Shown piece after piece: positions 49,146 to 59,300 of a stretch of 64,000 nt of DNA. The notes under the pieces were generated by a model. It searched no databases and was not told the DNA's origin. It saw nothing but the letters and a program-made list of their open reading frames with translations. The stretch lies in NCBI GenBank assembly GCA_963703315.1, contig OY969811.1, positions 2,432,001 through 2,496,000 of the forward strand. The letters are read 5' to 3'. The position numbers were made by a program, and so were the translations under genes. Position 1 is the stretch's first letter. Each line of letters opens with the position of its first letter. This DNA is from an uncultured cyanobacterium (GTDB taxonomy: Bacteria; Cyanobacteriota; Cyanobacteriia; Pseudanabaenales; Pseudanabaenaceae).

Positions 49146-49946
49146 TTAAGAACTAAGTTGAAATACAAAACTAACTTTATCGCCTTTACCTAGCGAAATG
49201 CGATCGCCTGCTCTGAGCTTATGGCGATTGCCCGCAGGTAGCGGTAAGTTATTGATATAAGTACCATTGGAGCTACCTGTATCTTCAAAATAAAAAGCTC
49301 CGCCCTCAGCACGAATATCAGCATGAATCCGCGAAACAATATCGGAATCTGGGAACCCAGATACATCAATGTCGGGAGGAATTACGGTATTGGGCTTACC
49401 AATATGCACAACAGGTAAATGGGCAGGAATTTCGATAGTTAGATTTGTCTGTACGTGCAATAAAGATGCCGCAAATTGCTGTAACTGAGTTTTTACACTT
49501 ATGGGTGCTGCTACATTTACAACAGGTTGATTACTTGTCTCTGTTGCTAGCATTGCTTCTATATCAGTAAACTTAGGCAGGGTTGGCACTTCAGAGGCTA
49601 AATTTACAACTAAATTTCCAGAAGAATCACCTTCTGTTGTCTCATTGGGTAAAGAATTTGACATAGTGCTAGAAATGGGTGGTATAGGGAAACCTTCAGT
49701 TGATGGTGAGATAGATGCATTGATCTCACTTTCTGGATAAGCTGGATCAGTATTTTGGAGAGGATTGATCGCAGTTGCCGCACTCAGATTAAACCCACAA
49801 TGTCCGCAAAATTTAGCATCTGACAACACAGTTGCATGGCAACTAGGACATTGAATATTTTTGACAATGGGTAATTCTGTAAAGCAGGCTTCACAGTTTG
49901 TAGCTCCGTCGGGGTTGGAATGAGTACAATTAGGACAAGTAATCAT
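49146..49946 (-). CDS. Double zinc-ribbon + FHA domain protein (FraH-like)
   Basis: CPNC..CEAC, CPSC..CGHC; IGKPN..PPDID, VSRIHA, D.GSSNGTYIN. Confidence 0.85.
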   Translation of the reverse strand: MITCPNCTHSNPDGATNCEACFTELPIVKNIQCPSCHATVLSDAKFCGHCGFNLSAATAINPLQNTDPAYPESEINASISPSTEGFPIPPISSTMSNSLPNETTEGDSSGNLVVNLASEVPTLPKFTDIEAMLATETSNQPVVNVAAPISVKTQLQQFAASLLHVQTNLTIEIPAHLPVVHIGKPNTVIPPDIDVSGFPDSDIVSRIHADIRAEGGAFYFEDTGSSNGTYINNLPLPAGNRHKLRAGDRISLGKGDKVSFVFQLSS

Positions 49947-49963
49947 GAGAAAGGTTAAGAATT

Positions 49964-51229
49964 TTACGGTGATTGCAGTACAGTTTTGGAGGCAATCCTT
50001 GTTTTTTTGCGTTCGGCTTCACTTAGATTTGTGCCTGTTTGGAGACGAGTTGCATTATTCTGCAAGATCGTTGAGGCATTGTGATCGCCCATTTGCAAAG
50101 CTGTTTTTGCAGCAGATTGTAACATTGTCACAGCACCAGCGCGATCGCCTTGTTGCAGTTTCTGCTCTGCAAGCTGGGTTTGACGATATTTAGCCAAAGC
50201 TAGTAAATGATTTTGGACTTGAGGATCGATCTGAGGAGTATAGTCTTGGACGAGATCTGCGGCGATCGCAACTGATGGTGACAGTGCATTAATTTGCCCA
50301 AGTGCAGGAATGTCATAACGTACTTGGGCGGTCAGAATCGGAATTTCGGAGCTACTTGGATAGGCGGTAATGTAGCTAGTAGGACTGATGTAGAGGTTAA
50401 ATATCACTACTCGTTCCACATCAGTCATGAGGTCACCAAGTCGGACAATAATCGCATCACCTTCAGTTTTATAGGATAACTCGATGGTGTCAGGAGCAAC
50501 TTGAGCGATCGGTTTTAACTCAGCTAAGCGCACATGGGGCGCAAGTTGCAAGATCAGATGGGCATTGGTTAGCCCGATCGCTTGGACACGTTTTAATAAT
50601 TTTTGAAATTCTGCACCCGCCGCTTCAGGCGATGGAATATATGACATTGCCCCACCACCAGCGTCAGCAATGCGTTCTAGGACATCTTGATTCCAGCTAT
50701 CACCAAAGCCCAGACTATGCAAAGTCATATTGTATTCAGTGGCTAAGCGTGAAAACTGAAAACATCGCTCATTATCGCCATGTTCATTTTCTCCATCGGT
50801 AAGTACAAAAAGTTGACTCACCGTTCCATCTTTGCCCTTACTAGTTTCCTGTAAACCTAGCTTGATGCCATCATCGATACAAGTACCACCCGACGCTTTA
50901 AGCGATTGAATTTTTCCTTTGATGGATTCGATACTAGTGACTAGTTGATTCTCGACAACTACATGAGCTTTATGGTCAAAACCAATCACACTAATCCGAT
51001 CTTGAGGATACATCTGTTCCACCAGATCACGAGCAGCCCGTTTCACAGTTTCCAATGGTTGTCCCCCCATAGAACCACTGTGATCTAATACGAGGCACAA
51101 ATTTAGTGGCGCATTAGGACTACTTACAGAGGTGTTCGCAGAAATGGCGATCGCTAATTGACGCTGACTACTGTCTTGGGTGCTATCCAGATTGCGATCG
51201 CTTAACTTACAGGTCAAATTGAGGCTCAT
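49964..51229 (-). CDS. vWA domain protein
   Basis: LDHSGSM MIDAS, GGT, LTDGENEHG. Confidence 0.88.
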   Translation of the reverse strand: MSLNLTCKLSDRNLDSTQDSSQRQLAIAISANTSVSSPNAPLNLCLVLDHSGSMGGQPLETVKRAARDLVEQMYPQDRISVIGFDHKAHVVVENQLVTSIESIKGKIQSLKASGGTCIDDGIKLGLQETSKGKDGTVSQLFVLTDGENEHGDNERCFQFSRLATEYNMTLHSLGFGDSWNQDVLERIADAGGGAMSYIPSPEAAGAEFQKLLKRVQAIGLTNAHLILQLAPHVRLAELKPIAQVAPDTIELSYKTEGDAIIVRLGDLMTDVERVVIFNLYISPTSYITAYPSSSEIPILTAQVRYDIPALGQINALSPSVAIAADLVQDYTPQIDPQVQNHLLALAKYRQTQLAEQKLQQGDRAGAVTMLQSAAKTALQMGDHNASTILQNNATRLQTGTNLSEAERKKTRIASKTVLQSP

Positions 51230-51230
51230 T

Positions 51231-51614
51231 TTAAGCTTCTATTCCTAATATTTCGTAAGACTTTTCTAAAATTTCATCTGGGTCAAAGGGTTTGGTCATA
51301 TAGATATCAGCGCCTACATCCTTACCCCAACTGCGATCAAATTCCTGCCCTTTGGCAGTCAGCATAATGATGTAGACATCAGTTAAACCAAGCTCACCTT
51401 TAACTTTTGCACAAACATCATAGCCATTCATCTTCGGCATCATTACATCTAAGAAGACTAAGTTGGGCTTTTCGCGCTCGATAGTTTCCAATGCCTCTAA
51501 ACCATTAGTAGCAGTCAATAACTCCACTTCATGATCTTCTAGCTCTTCTAAAGTTTGCTCTAGTAGTAAACGAATATGCGGTTCATCGTCAACAATTAAT
51601 AGCTTTTTGCTCAT
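51231..51614 (-). CDS. Single-domain response regulator
   Basis: IVDDE, FLDVMMP, MLTA, TKPFD. Confidence 0.92.
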   Translation of the reverse strand: MSKKLLIVDDEPHIRLLLEQTLEELEDHEVELLTATNGLEALETIEREKPNLVFLDVMMPKMNGYDVCAKVKGELGLTDVYIIMLTAKGQEFDRSWGKDVGADIYMTKPFDPDEILEKSYEILGIEA

Positions 51615-51742
51615 CTTTAAGCCTTCAAAGTTTCCCAAAACTACTTAAAACTAATGTATCATTCACAGCCCTTTGCTTTGCATAATAATCTAGGACAGTG
51701 ATTTTTGGTGGGGCAGCAAAGCCGCGCCACCTTAGGTAAGGA

Positions 51743-53209
51743 TTACTCATAAATCACCTCAAAGATTTCGACAAGATTCTTTTTACCTTTGACTGGCAAA
51801 GTTCCAAACTCTTTAAATTGAAAATTATTTTGCGTTGCTTCATAGACACTGCGAGTTACCAAAATTTGCCCTCCCTTAGCTAAACCCTGTAAGCGTGAGG
51901 CAATATTCATCTCATCACCGATCGCCGTGTAGTCCATGTGTTGGGGAGAGCCAATATTTCCGACAATTACTTCCCCAGAGCTAATGCCAATCCCTGTAAT
52001 AAAGTTTTCCCGAATCCATTCAATCGGTAAATTTTTGATACGTTTCTGCATATTGATAGCGGCAGCGATCGCCCAATATTCGCGATCAGCGATCGCTGAA
52101 GGTGCGCCAAACATCGCCACAATCATATCGCCCACAAACTTATTGACGGTTCCCTGATGGTTAAAAACCACATCGACCATTTGCGTAAAATATTCATTTA
52201 GATAAGTGACAAGTTTCTCAGGCTCCAGTTCTTCGCACTTAGTCGTAAAATCACGAATATCCGAAAATAACATCGCAATTTTGCGCTTACTGGTAGTTAG
52301 TGATACGTCTTCATTGGCATTAATTACTGCCTCAGCTACCTGTGGCGATAGATATCGTTCTAGATTATTTTTGATTCTCTGCTCGCGTAACTTATTCTCG
52401 TAAAGAATTGCATTCTCGATCGCTCCAGAAGCTTGGGTAACAATTGCTGTAAATAGCTTGAGATCTTGAGATGTGTAGTTAATCGGCTCAGAATGACTAA
52501 TATTAATTACACCAATAGTTTTATCTTTAGTGAGAATTGGCGCACAAATTATGGCATAGCAATCATTTTCATTAACAATATAACGGGGATCTTGGGGCGC
52601 ATCATTGATCAGTTCAGGTCTGCCTGAGCGAAATACATGACCCGCAATTCCTTGATTAGAAAAAACTGGCAAGCTTTTGACATTCTCCGCAGTACCTCTA
52701 GCACATACTATTTCCAGACAATCAGTCTTTTGATTGTGCAGCATCACTGAGGCACTAGTAGACTTAATAAACCGACTCGCCTCTTCAAGTACCAAAGCAC
52801 TAATTGCTTCGACATCTAAACAGTTTGCCATCTTGCTAGCGATCGTATAGAGAAGATTAATCTCTCGGTATTTGTCTAATGCATCAGCCGCTAGAGTTTT
52901 TTGTTCAAATTCACGTTTGGCTAAATAGCTGAGAAAATTAGCAACCTGTTCAACTTGTTCTTGACCAATCACCCATCCTAATATTTCATCGCCGATCGTT
53001 ATCGGGATTTTATGCAATTCTGTATCGATACTTAAGTTAATATCTTTAGAACTATCTTGATTTGTTGTATCTACACCTAAATCTGCAATTAGAACTTTCC
53101 CTTCCAGATCTTGAACTGCGATTGGGAAATTGAGCTTCCTAACTAGTCCTCTCAACAAGGATACTACTTCTTTTTTGAGGAGTATTTTTTTGAGATTTAC
53201 AGATTGCAT
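51743..53209 (-). CDS. GAF-domain class III adenylate cyclase
   Basis: GAF then FSDIRDFT, NKFVGD, DYTAIGDEMNIASRL, VKGK. Confidence 0.9.
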   Translation of the reverse strand: MQSVNLKKILLKKEVVSLLRGLVRKLNFPIAVQDLEGKVLIADLGVDTTNQDSSKDINLSIDTELHKIPITIGDEILGWVIGQEQVEQVANFLSYLAKREFEQKTLAADALDKYREINLLYTIASKMANCLDVEAISALVLEEASRFIKSTSASVMLHNQKTDCLEIVCARGTAENVKSLPVFSNQGIAGHVFRSGRPELINDAPQDPRYIVNENDCYAIICAPILTKDKTIGVINISHSEPINYTSQDLKLFTAIVTQASGAIENAILYENKLREQRIKNNLERYLSPQVAEAVINANEDVSLTTSKRKIAMLFSDIRDFTTKCEELEPEKLVTYLNEYFTQMVDVVFNHQGTVNKFVGDMIVAMFGAPSAIADREYWAIAAAINMQKRIKNLPIEWIRENFITGIGISSGEVIVGNIGSPQHMDYTAIGDEMNIASRLQGLAKGGQILVTRSVYEATQNNFQFKEFGTLPVKGKKNLVEIFEVIYE

Positions 53210-53341
53210 AGTTTAAGAGCTGTATGGTTATGATATTAAGATGAGAAAATAAAGCAAAAGTTTCCTATCTTAATATCATAGCTACTGACAAAGCAGAAAC
53301 AAACGCCATAATGCTTACCTAAAAATAGAAGCGATCGCATT

Positions 53342-53755
53342 TACAGCAATTTCCGATCAAATGAACCACAGACAAAGGGCTTAAGCTCCTTGTTCAGATA
53401 TCTCCCAAGAAGAGAGTGGCGGCGCGGAGCGCCGCCACTCTCTTCTTGGGTTTTAGGGCGCAATTAAATATAAAACCCCAAGAACTGTGGCGCACGCGCA
53501 GCGTGCGCCACAGTTCTTGGCTCTGGTTTTTAATTATGTCCAGCTAAGTAGCTCAGCATAGTTAAAACCCAAAACCAGAACTTGTGCCGCCCGCTACGCG
53601 GGCGGCACAAGTTTCTAGGTTTTAAGTTTACTTATGCCTAGCTACTTACTTACAGCCATTTCCGATCAAACGAACCACAAGAATAAATTTGAAAGCGTTG
53701 CTTCGCAACGCTTTCAAATTTATTCTTGGTTAGGGTTTGAGCGCAAAGTGCTGTA
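53342..53755. mobile_element. Pile-up of at least five MITE-like/hairpin elements
   Basis: Partial D end 53342; hairpin ~53404-53450; B 53455-53546; B 53545-53648; D 53651-53755 (TACAGC...GCTGTA). Confidence 0.72.
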
Positions 53756-53882
53756 TAAGTAAAAACTACTATAGGTAAAATAGCCGAATTTTGAGCGGAA
53801 AATCTTTTATTGAGCTTACCTTTGCTAGACTGAATTTAACTCTTGAGACATATCAACAATAAAGGAATCGGGTAAGTTTAAT

Positions 53883-54773
53883 ATGCCTTACTCAGCAGAG
53901 ATTAGTCGTCGCCAACCCAGTTGTTTTCTCTTTCTCATCGATCAATCTGGATCGATGGCAGATGCATTTTCTAACGATAGTGCTAGTCAAGGAACAGTCA
54001 AAGGCGCAAATGCAAGCTTACATAAAACTAGTGAACCGATCCAGAAAGCCCAAGCTGTTGCTGATGCGGTAAACCGTTTGCTAGACTCATTGGGACAACG
54101 CTGTGTCAAAGGTAATGAGATTTATGATTACTTTGATGTTGGGGTAATTGGATATAACAGTGAGGTTGCTTCTGCACTGAATGGTGTGGCTGGTGATCAA
54201 GCGATCGCCCCCATTGGCAAAATTTACGAAAACCCAGCCGAATTAGAAAAACGCGCTCAAAAATTGCCTGATGGTATGGGCGGTTTAGTGGAAGTTTATA
54301 ACGACTTCCCAATTTGGTTTAAGCCGATCGCCAGTGGTGGAACTGCTATGTGTAGTGTATTTACTATGGCAAGGCTTCTGCTAGAGGAATGGATTGCCAA
54401 ACATCCCAATAGCTATCCACCAACGATCATTAATATTACCGATGGTGAATCTACCGATGGCGATCCGACTGAGGAAGCGATTAATCTCAAAAAATTGAGT
54501 ACTTCTGATGGTACGGTCTTGCTTTATAACATCCATCTTTCTGCCGAATATACACAGCCTGTGTCTTTCCCAAATACGGCAGAAGTCTTAAGCGATCCTT
54601 ATGCACGTCTGATGTTTGAGCTATCCAGTCCTCTGCCCTATGCTGCTCAAAAAGCTGCTGAAAAAGAAGGGTATAAAGTGACATCTGATTCTAGAGCGTT
54701 TATGTTTAATGCCGATCCTGTAAAGCTCATTCAGTTTTTGGATATTGGTACACGTACAGAAAACTTACGTTAG
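53883..54773 (+). CDS. TerY-like vWA domain protein
   Basis: MPYSAEISR..PSCFLFLIDQSGSM, GGTAM, NITDGE. Confidence 0.75.
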   Translation: MPYSAEISRRQPSCFLFLIDQSGSMADAFSNDSASQGTVKGANASLHKTSEPIQKAQAVADAVNRLLDSLGQRCVKGNEIYDYFDVGVIGYNSEVASALNGVAGDQAIAPIGKIYENPAELEKRAQKLPDGMGGLVEVYNDFPIWFKPIASGGTAMCSVFTMARLLLEEWIAKHPNSYPPTIINITDGESTDGDPTEEAINLKKLSTSDGTVLLYNIHLSAEYTQPVSFPNTAEVLSDPYARLMFELSSPLPYAAQKAAEKEGYKVTSDSRAFMFNADPVKLIQFLDIGTRTENLR

Positions 54774-54793
54774 TTGTGCATTGCTCTTATAAT

Positions 54794-55660
54794 TTAATTG
54801 GTTTTAGATGACGTTAAAACTGTTGCAGTAATTGGAACAACGCCAACTTCATCACTATTGAGCGCGATCGCTGCCGCATGGGATAAATCAAGATTGCGAT
54901 TTCCAAAATAAGGACCGCGATCGTTAATTCTGACGACTACAGACTTGCCATTTTGCTGGTTTGTGACTTTGAGATAGGTGTCAAAGGGTAAGCTGGGATG
55001 AGCTGCTGTAAAGTCTTGCTGTTCAAACTGCTCACCTGAAGCTGTCTGTCTACCTTGGAAATAAGGTCCATACCAAGAAGCAATTCCATCCATTTGTTTA
55101 TCAGTAATTGCTAGCTGATACATTTGCTTTTGGGCTTGGACTAATGTTAGAGGTTCTGCTCCTGCCACAACGCGCAAATTATTAATCCACTGCGTCAAGT
55201 TTAATGAAGGATTCACGACATCGGATTTAGGAATTTTAAATAGGATTGCATTTTTATATTTACCGACGTATTTACCATCGATTACTGATGGCTCTAGTAA
55301 GTTAGGCTCGAAGTCAGGAGCATTCATGATCATGGCAATTTGGGCAGCAGCGATCGCTGCATTTGGTAAATCCTTCACCCAGAATGTTGGCTGATTATTG
55401 ACCATGATCATCCATTTATTTGCAGAATATGCGCGAAACTCAATCTCATAATTTGGACGATTAGATGTTGACAAACTCTTCGTAAAACTATTATTTGCAA
55501 GTAAAATTTTGGGGTGAATTAAAGGGGGATCATAGACAGTTGATTGATTAACAGCACCAGCTAAAAGCATTGGTGATGAAGCACTAGAAATAAGCGAACT
55601 CAAAGAGATCGCCCAGAAAACGGATGATTTAGACATAGATTCTGAGATGTTAAGCAACAA
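54794..55660 (-). CDS. rlpA: Septal ring lytic transglycosylase RlpA family
   Basis: GIASWYG..FQGRQTASGE, TAAHPSLPF, VRINDRGP, DLS; exact start uncertain. Confidence 0.88.
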   Translation of the reverse strand: MLLNISESMSKSSVFWAISLSSLISSASSPMLLAGAVNQSTVYDPPLIHPKILLANNSFTKSLSTSNRPNYEIEFRAYSANKWMIMVNNQPTFWVKDLPNAAIAAAQIAMIMNAPDFEPNLLEPSVIDGKYVGKYKNAILFKIPKSDVVNPSLNLTQWINNLRVVAGAEPLTLVQAQKQMYQLAITDKQMDGIASWYGPYFQGRQTASGEQFEQQDFTAAHPSLPFDTYLKVTNQQNGKSVVVRINDRGPYFGNRNLDLSHAAAIALNSDEVGVVPITATVLTSSKTN

Positions 55661-56076
55661 AGATGTACAGATGTTCGTTAAGCAATTGGTTAAGTCAAAA
55701 CTTAGAAAACCAATTTTTTAATAAGTTTTAAAAACAAAAATTAAGTTAGATATAAATTAAACATTAAATTAACGAATTATAGAGGCTGTTAAATTGATAG
55801 GTGAGTTTTTAGAGTAATTATGAGGTAATGACTATTTCCTAAACTACGGTATTAGCGGGGATCATAAATCATCCTTAAGAAAGAGATAAAACTATTAAGT
55901 ATCAAATTTGACAAAAAAATCAGTTAAAAGTTGTGTGCCAACGCTCTTTTTGTTAAGTTAGCCATCCTAAAACTCATAATAAGGATAGAAAGTAGAAATA
56001 AAACTATTTAAAAATAGTTTAAGAAATATTGACTTTTGCTAAAAAAATTTATAGAGAAATTCAATCTAAGTATCTA

Positions 56077-56258
56077 GAAAAGCCTAAAACTTGTGGCGAT
56101 CGCTGCGCGATCGCCACAAGTTTTAGGCTTTTCTGTTTGATAAAGTTTATAAATCAAGGACTGCTAGTGCTTTTCAAATAAGCAAGGTTATAGAGGGTTA
56201 TTTCCCCATCTTTGATAGGGAAATAACCCCGTAATTTACCAAACTGTGAAACGCTGTA
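56077..56258. mobile_element. Family B core hairpin (56077-56131) and family C element (56164-56258)
   Basis: gtggcgatcgc-tgc-gcgatcgccac; inverted homologue of 15349-15443. Confidence 0.65.
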
Positions 56259-56344
56259 AGCTCTTTTTATTAGTAACTAATAATTCACTTTATTTATTCA
56301 AAAACTGCTATATTTGATCACTATTTTGCAGTCAAAGAAAATCA

Positions 56345-59300
56345 GTGATGAAACAAAAAATTCAATCTGCAATTGTGGTTTCTGTTTGTTCTATGATCGG
56401 TTTGAGCTTTCTCTCAGATGTAAGCCTTGCTCAAAATGCGATCGCCCCTGATAGTACTCTGCCAGTCAATACATTAGTCAACTTTGATAGTGCCTCTCAA
56501 ACCTACACAATTACGGGTGGCACGCAATCTGGTGCGAATCAATTCCACAGCTTCCAAAATTTTTCAGTACCCACTAGCAATACTGCTCATTTTAATAACT
56601 CTGCTCAGACGGCAAATATCATTGGGCGCGTCACAGGTTCCAATAGTTCCAGTATTGACGGTATATTGAGAGCGAATGGTGCAGCAAATCTTTATTTGAT
56701 TAACCCTAATGGCATTGTATTTGGACAAAATGCCAAGTTGGAAATTGGTGGATCGTTTAGTGCCAGTACTGCCAAGAGTATCAAATTTGCTGATGGTAGT
56801 GAGTTTAGTGCCACTAATCCCCAAACACCACCAGTCCTAACTGTAAATGTGCCACTAGGGTTACAGTATGGAACGAGTAATACAGGAGCCACAATTACCA
56901 ATCGCGGTAATCTTTTCGCAGGACAAGATTTAGTTTTAAATGGTGACAAACTAGATTTGCAAGGGACTTTGCAAGCGGGTCGAGATTTAACGCTGCAAGC
57001 GCAAGATCGAATTCAAATTCGTGATACTTCTACTAATACCTTTGTGGCGGCGGCGGGTAGACACCTACTCGTTCAGGGAAATCAAGCAGTCGATATTTTT
57101 GCGCTAAATAATAGCCAGAGCGGTTTGTTTTCTGGTGGAAATATGTTGTTGCGATCGCCTAACTCGGTGATTGGCGATGCCCATTATTACGCAGGCGGCA
57201 ATTTTAAAATTGAGCAGCTAGATGGTAGTTTAGGCAATCTTGAAAGTCCTAATGACCCCATCATTCGCTCTGCGGGTGATGTGACCTTTGGAATCTATGT
57301 AGGTAGTTCTCTGCATATCCTTGCTGGCGGTAGAGTCAATATTGATACTATTTTCATCACTGGAGCAGATACCACTGGTAACACGATTAATCCAACGAGT
57401 ACACCAACTCTATCCAATGTAACTCTATCCAATGGCAAAACATTAACTATTAATGGAAGTACGCAACCGACTGTAGATATTCGTGCGGGCATGAATCCTT
57501 CAGATATAGGTGCGTCTGGAATAACAGGAACACTCAGCACTAACTATTTCAATTGTGTCTTCTTTGGAGCAAACTGTTTTTACAATAGCTTCCCATTTCC
57601 AACATTTCCTCCTAGTACTAGTCAAAGTGCGACTGGCAGTGGAATTACCATTGGTGACATTAAGGTTAATAGCCCTAATGGAATTGTTTTGCTTACAAAT
57701 AATTACAAACCGAATCTAGCCCTAGCAAATGAAGATATCGTCATCACAGGGGCAGGAAGTTTTGGATACCAAGGCATTGATACCTTTAGCGATACAGGTA
57801 ATAGCGGTTCTATATTTGTTGATTCCAGAAGAAGTATTGAATTAACAAAGAATATTTTTACGTTCTCAACTGCTGCATCTGGTATTGGCGGTAATGTCAC
57901 TTTACTTGCTAACAATGATATTCGCTTTGGAGACAATGCTGTAATTAATGCTAATGCTCTTTTTCTGGGTGGACAAATTGATCTTAAAGCTAATGGAATA
58001 ATATCAGGGCAAGGAATAAGTATTCTCAGTAGAAGTGTCGAATCGGCGATCGCTGGTAATAGCGGGGATATTAACATCACCGCAGGATCACTATCCTTAA
58101 AAAATTCTTCAGCAAATCCCTCTGTAATATCTACAAGTACTTCAGGTAAAGCTAATGCTGGTAACATTACCCTAAATATCACTGGCGATGCTACGTTGGC
58201 TGGCGTAGTTAATAATTTCCCAACTCAAATAATAAGCAATGTATCTCTAACTACGACAGATAACGCGGACGCGACAGGTAATGCTGGTTTTGTCAAAGTG
58301 AGTGCAGGAAATCTCAAACTCCAGAATGGCGCTCAAATAAACTCGGTAACAGCAGCTTTGGGGCAATCAGGAGATATGGATATTTCTGCTAATACAATCA
58401 GCATTGATGGTTTAGGTAGTGGTATCAATAACCAAACTCTCATTACTTCACAAGCACATGGTGGCAAACTCACAATCAATACGGGTTCATTAACAGTAAC
58501 CAATGAAGGACAATTAAGTACAATTACTTCAGGAAAGGGAAATGCTGGGGAACTGAAAATCATTGCTACAGGTGATGTGATTTTTGATCGTAGTTCGGCA
58601 TCTTCAGCAATTAACTTCAGTGGAATTGGTCAGGGAGGTAACTTATCGATCACAGCGCGATCGCTGCAATTACTTAATGGCTCTCAAATCAATGCGGCTA
58701 TCTTTGGTCAAGGAAATGGCGGCAAGATAACAGTTACTACAGATAGCATCGCAATTAGTGGCTCAGGTGTTCTTTTTGGAGAGAATTTAAGTAGTGCGAT
58801 CGCTACAGCATTACAGGCAAGTACCTCTATTGGTAATGCAGGTGATATTGATTTAAAAACGCGCATTCTAAATCTTGGATCTGGCACATTTATTTCTGCT
58901 GCAAATAATGGTAAAGGCAATACAGGTAATATCGATATTGTGGCAACAGAATCCATTTTTCTTAATAACAGCAATATTGATAACTTCATCTCCACAACGG
59001 GTCAAGGTAACGGTGGTAATTTGACTATCAATTCACCATCTATTTCTCTGAGTAATAAGGCTAAGCTCAGCGTTCAAACTGCGGGAATAGGCAACGCAGG
59101 CAATCTTAATTTATTTACACAATCTCTCTCGCTAACCGATAATTCTCAACTGCAAGCATTTACTGATGGCATCGGTAATGCAGGTAATATTACAATCGCC
59201 CCAATCAACACTCTGCTCAACCCCAATGCTAAGCCGAACAATATGGTCAGAATCGATGGGAGCATTGTTTCCGTAGATGTAAATACTAATGGACAGGGAA

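Noticed and set aside
40495..53755. CRISPR array among the repeated palindromes
   Set aside because: Repeats are irregularly spaced, in mixed orientation, lack uniform spacers, and there are no cas genes
53883..54773. TerY-P (vWA-phosphatase-kinase) defence triad
   Set aside because: Only the vWA gene is present; next gene is a convergent rlpA
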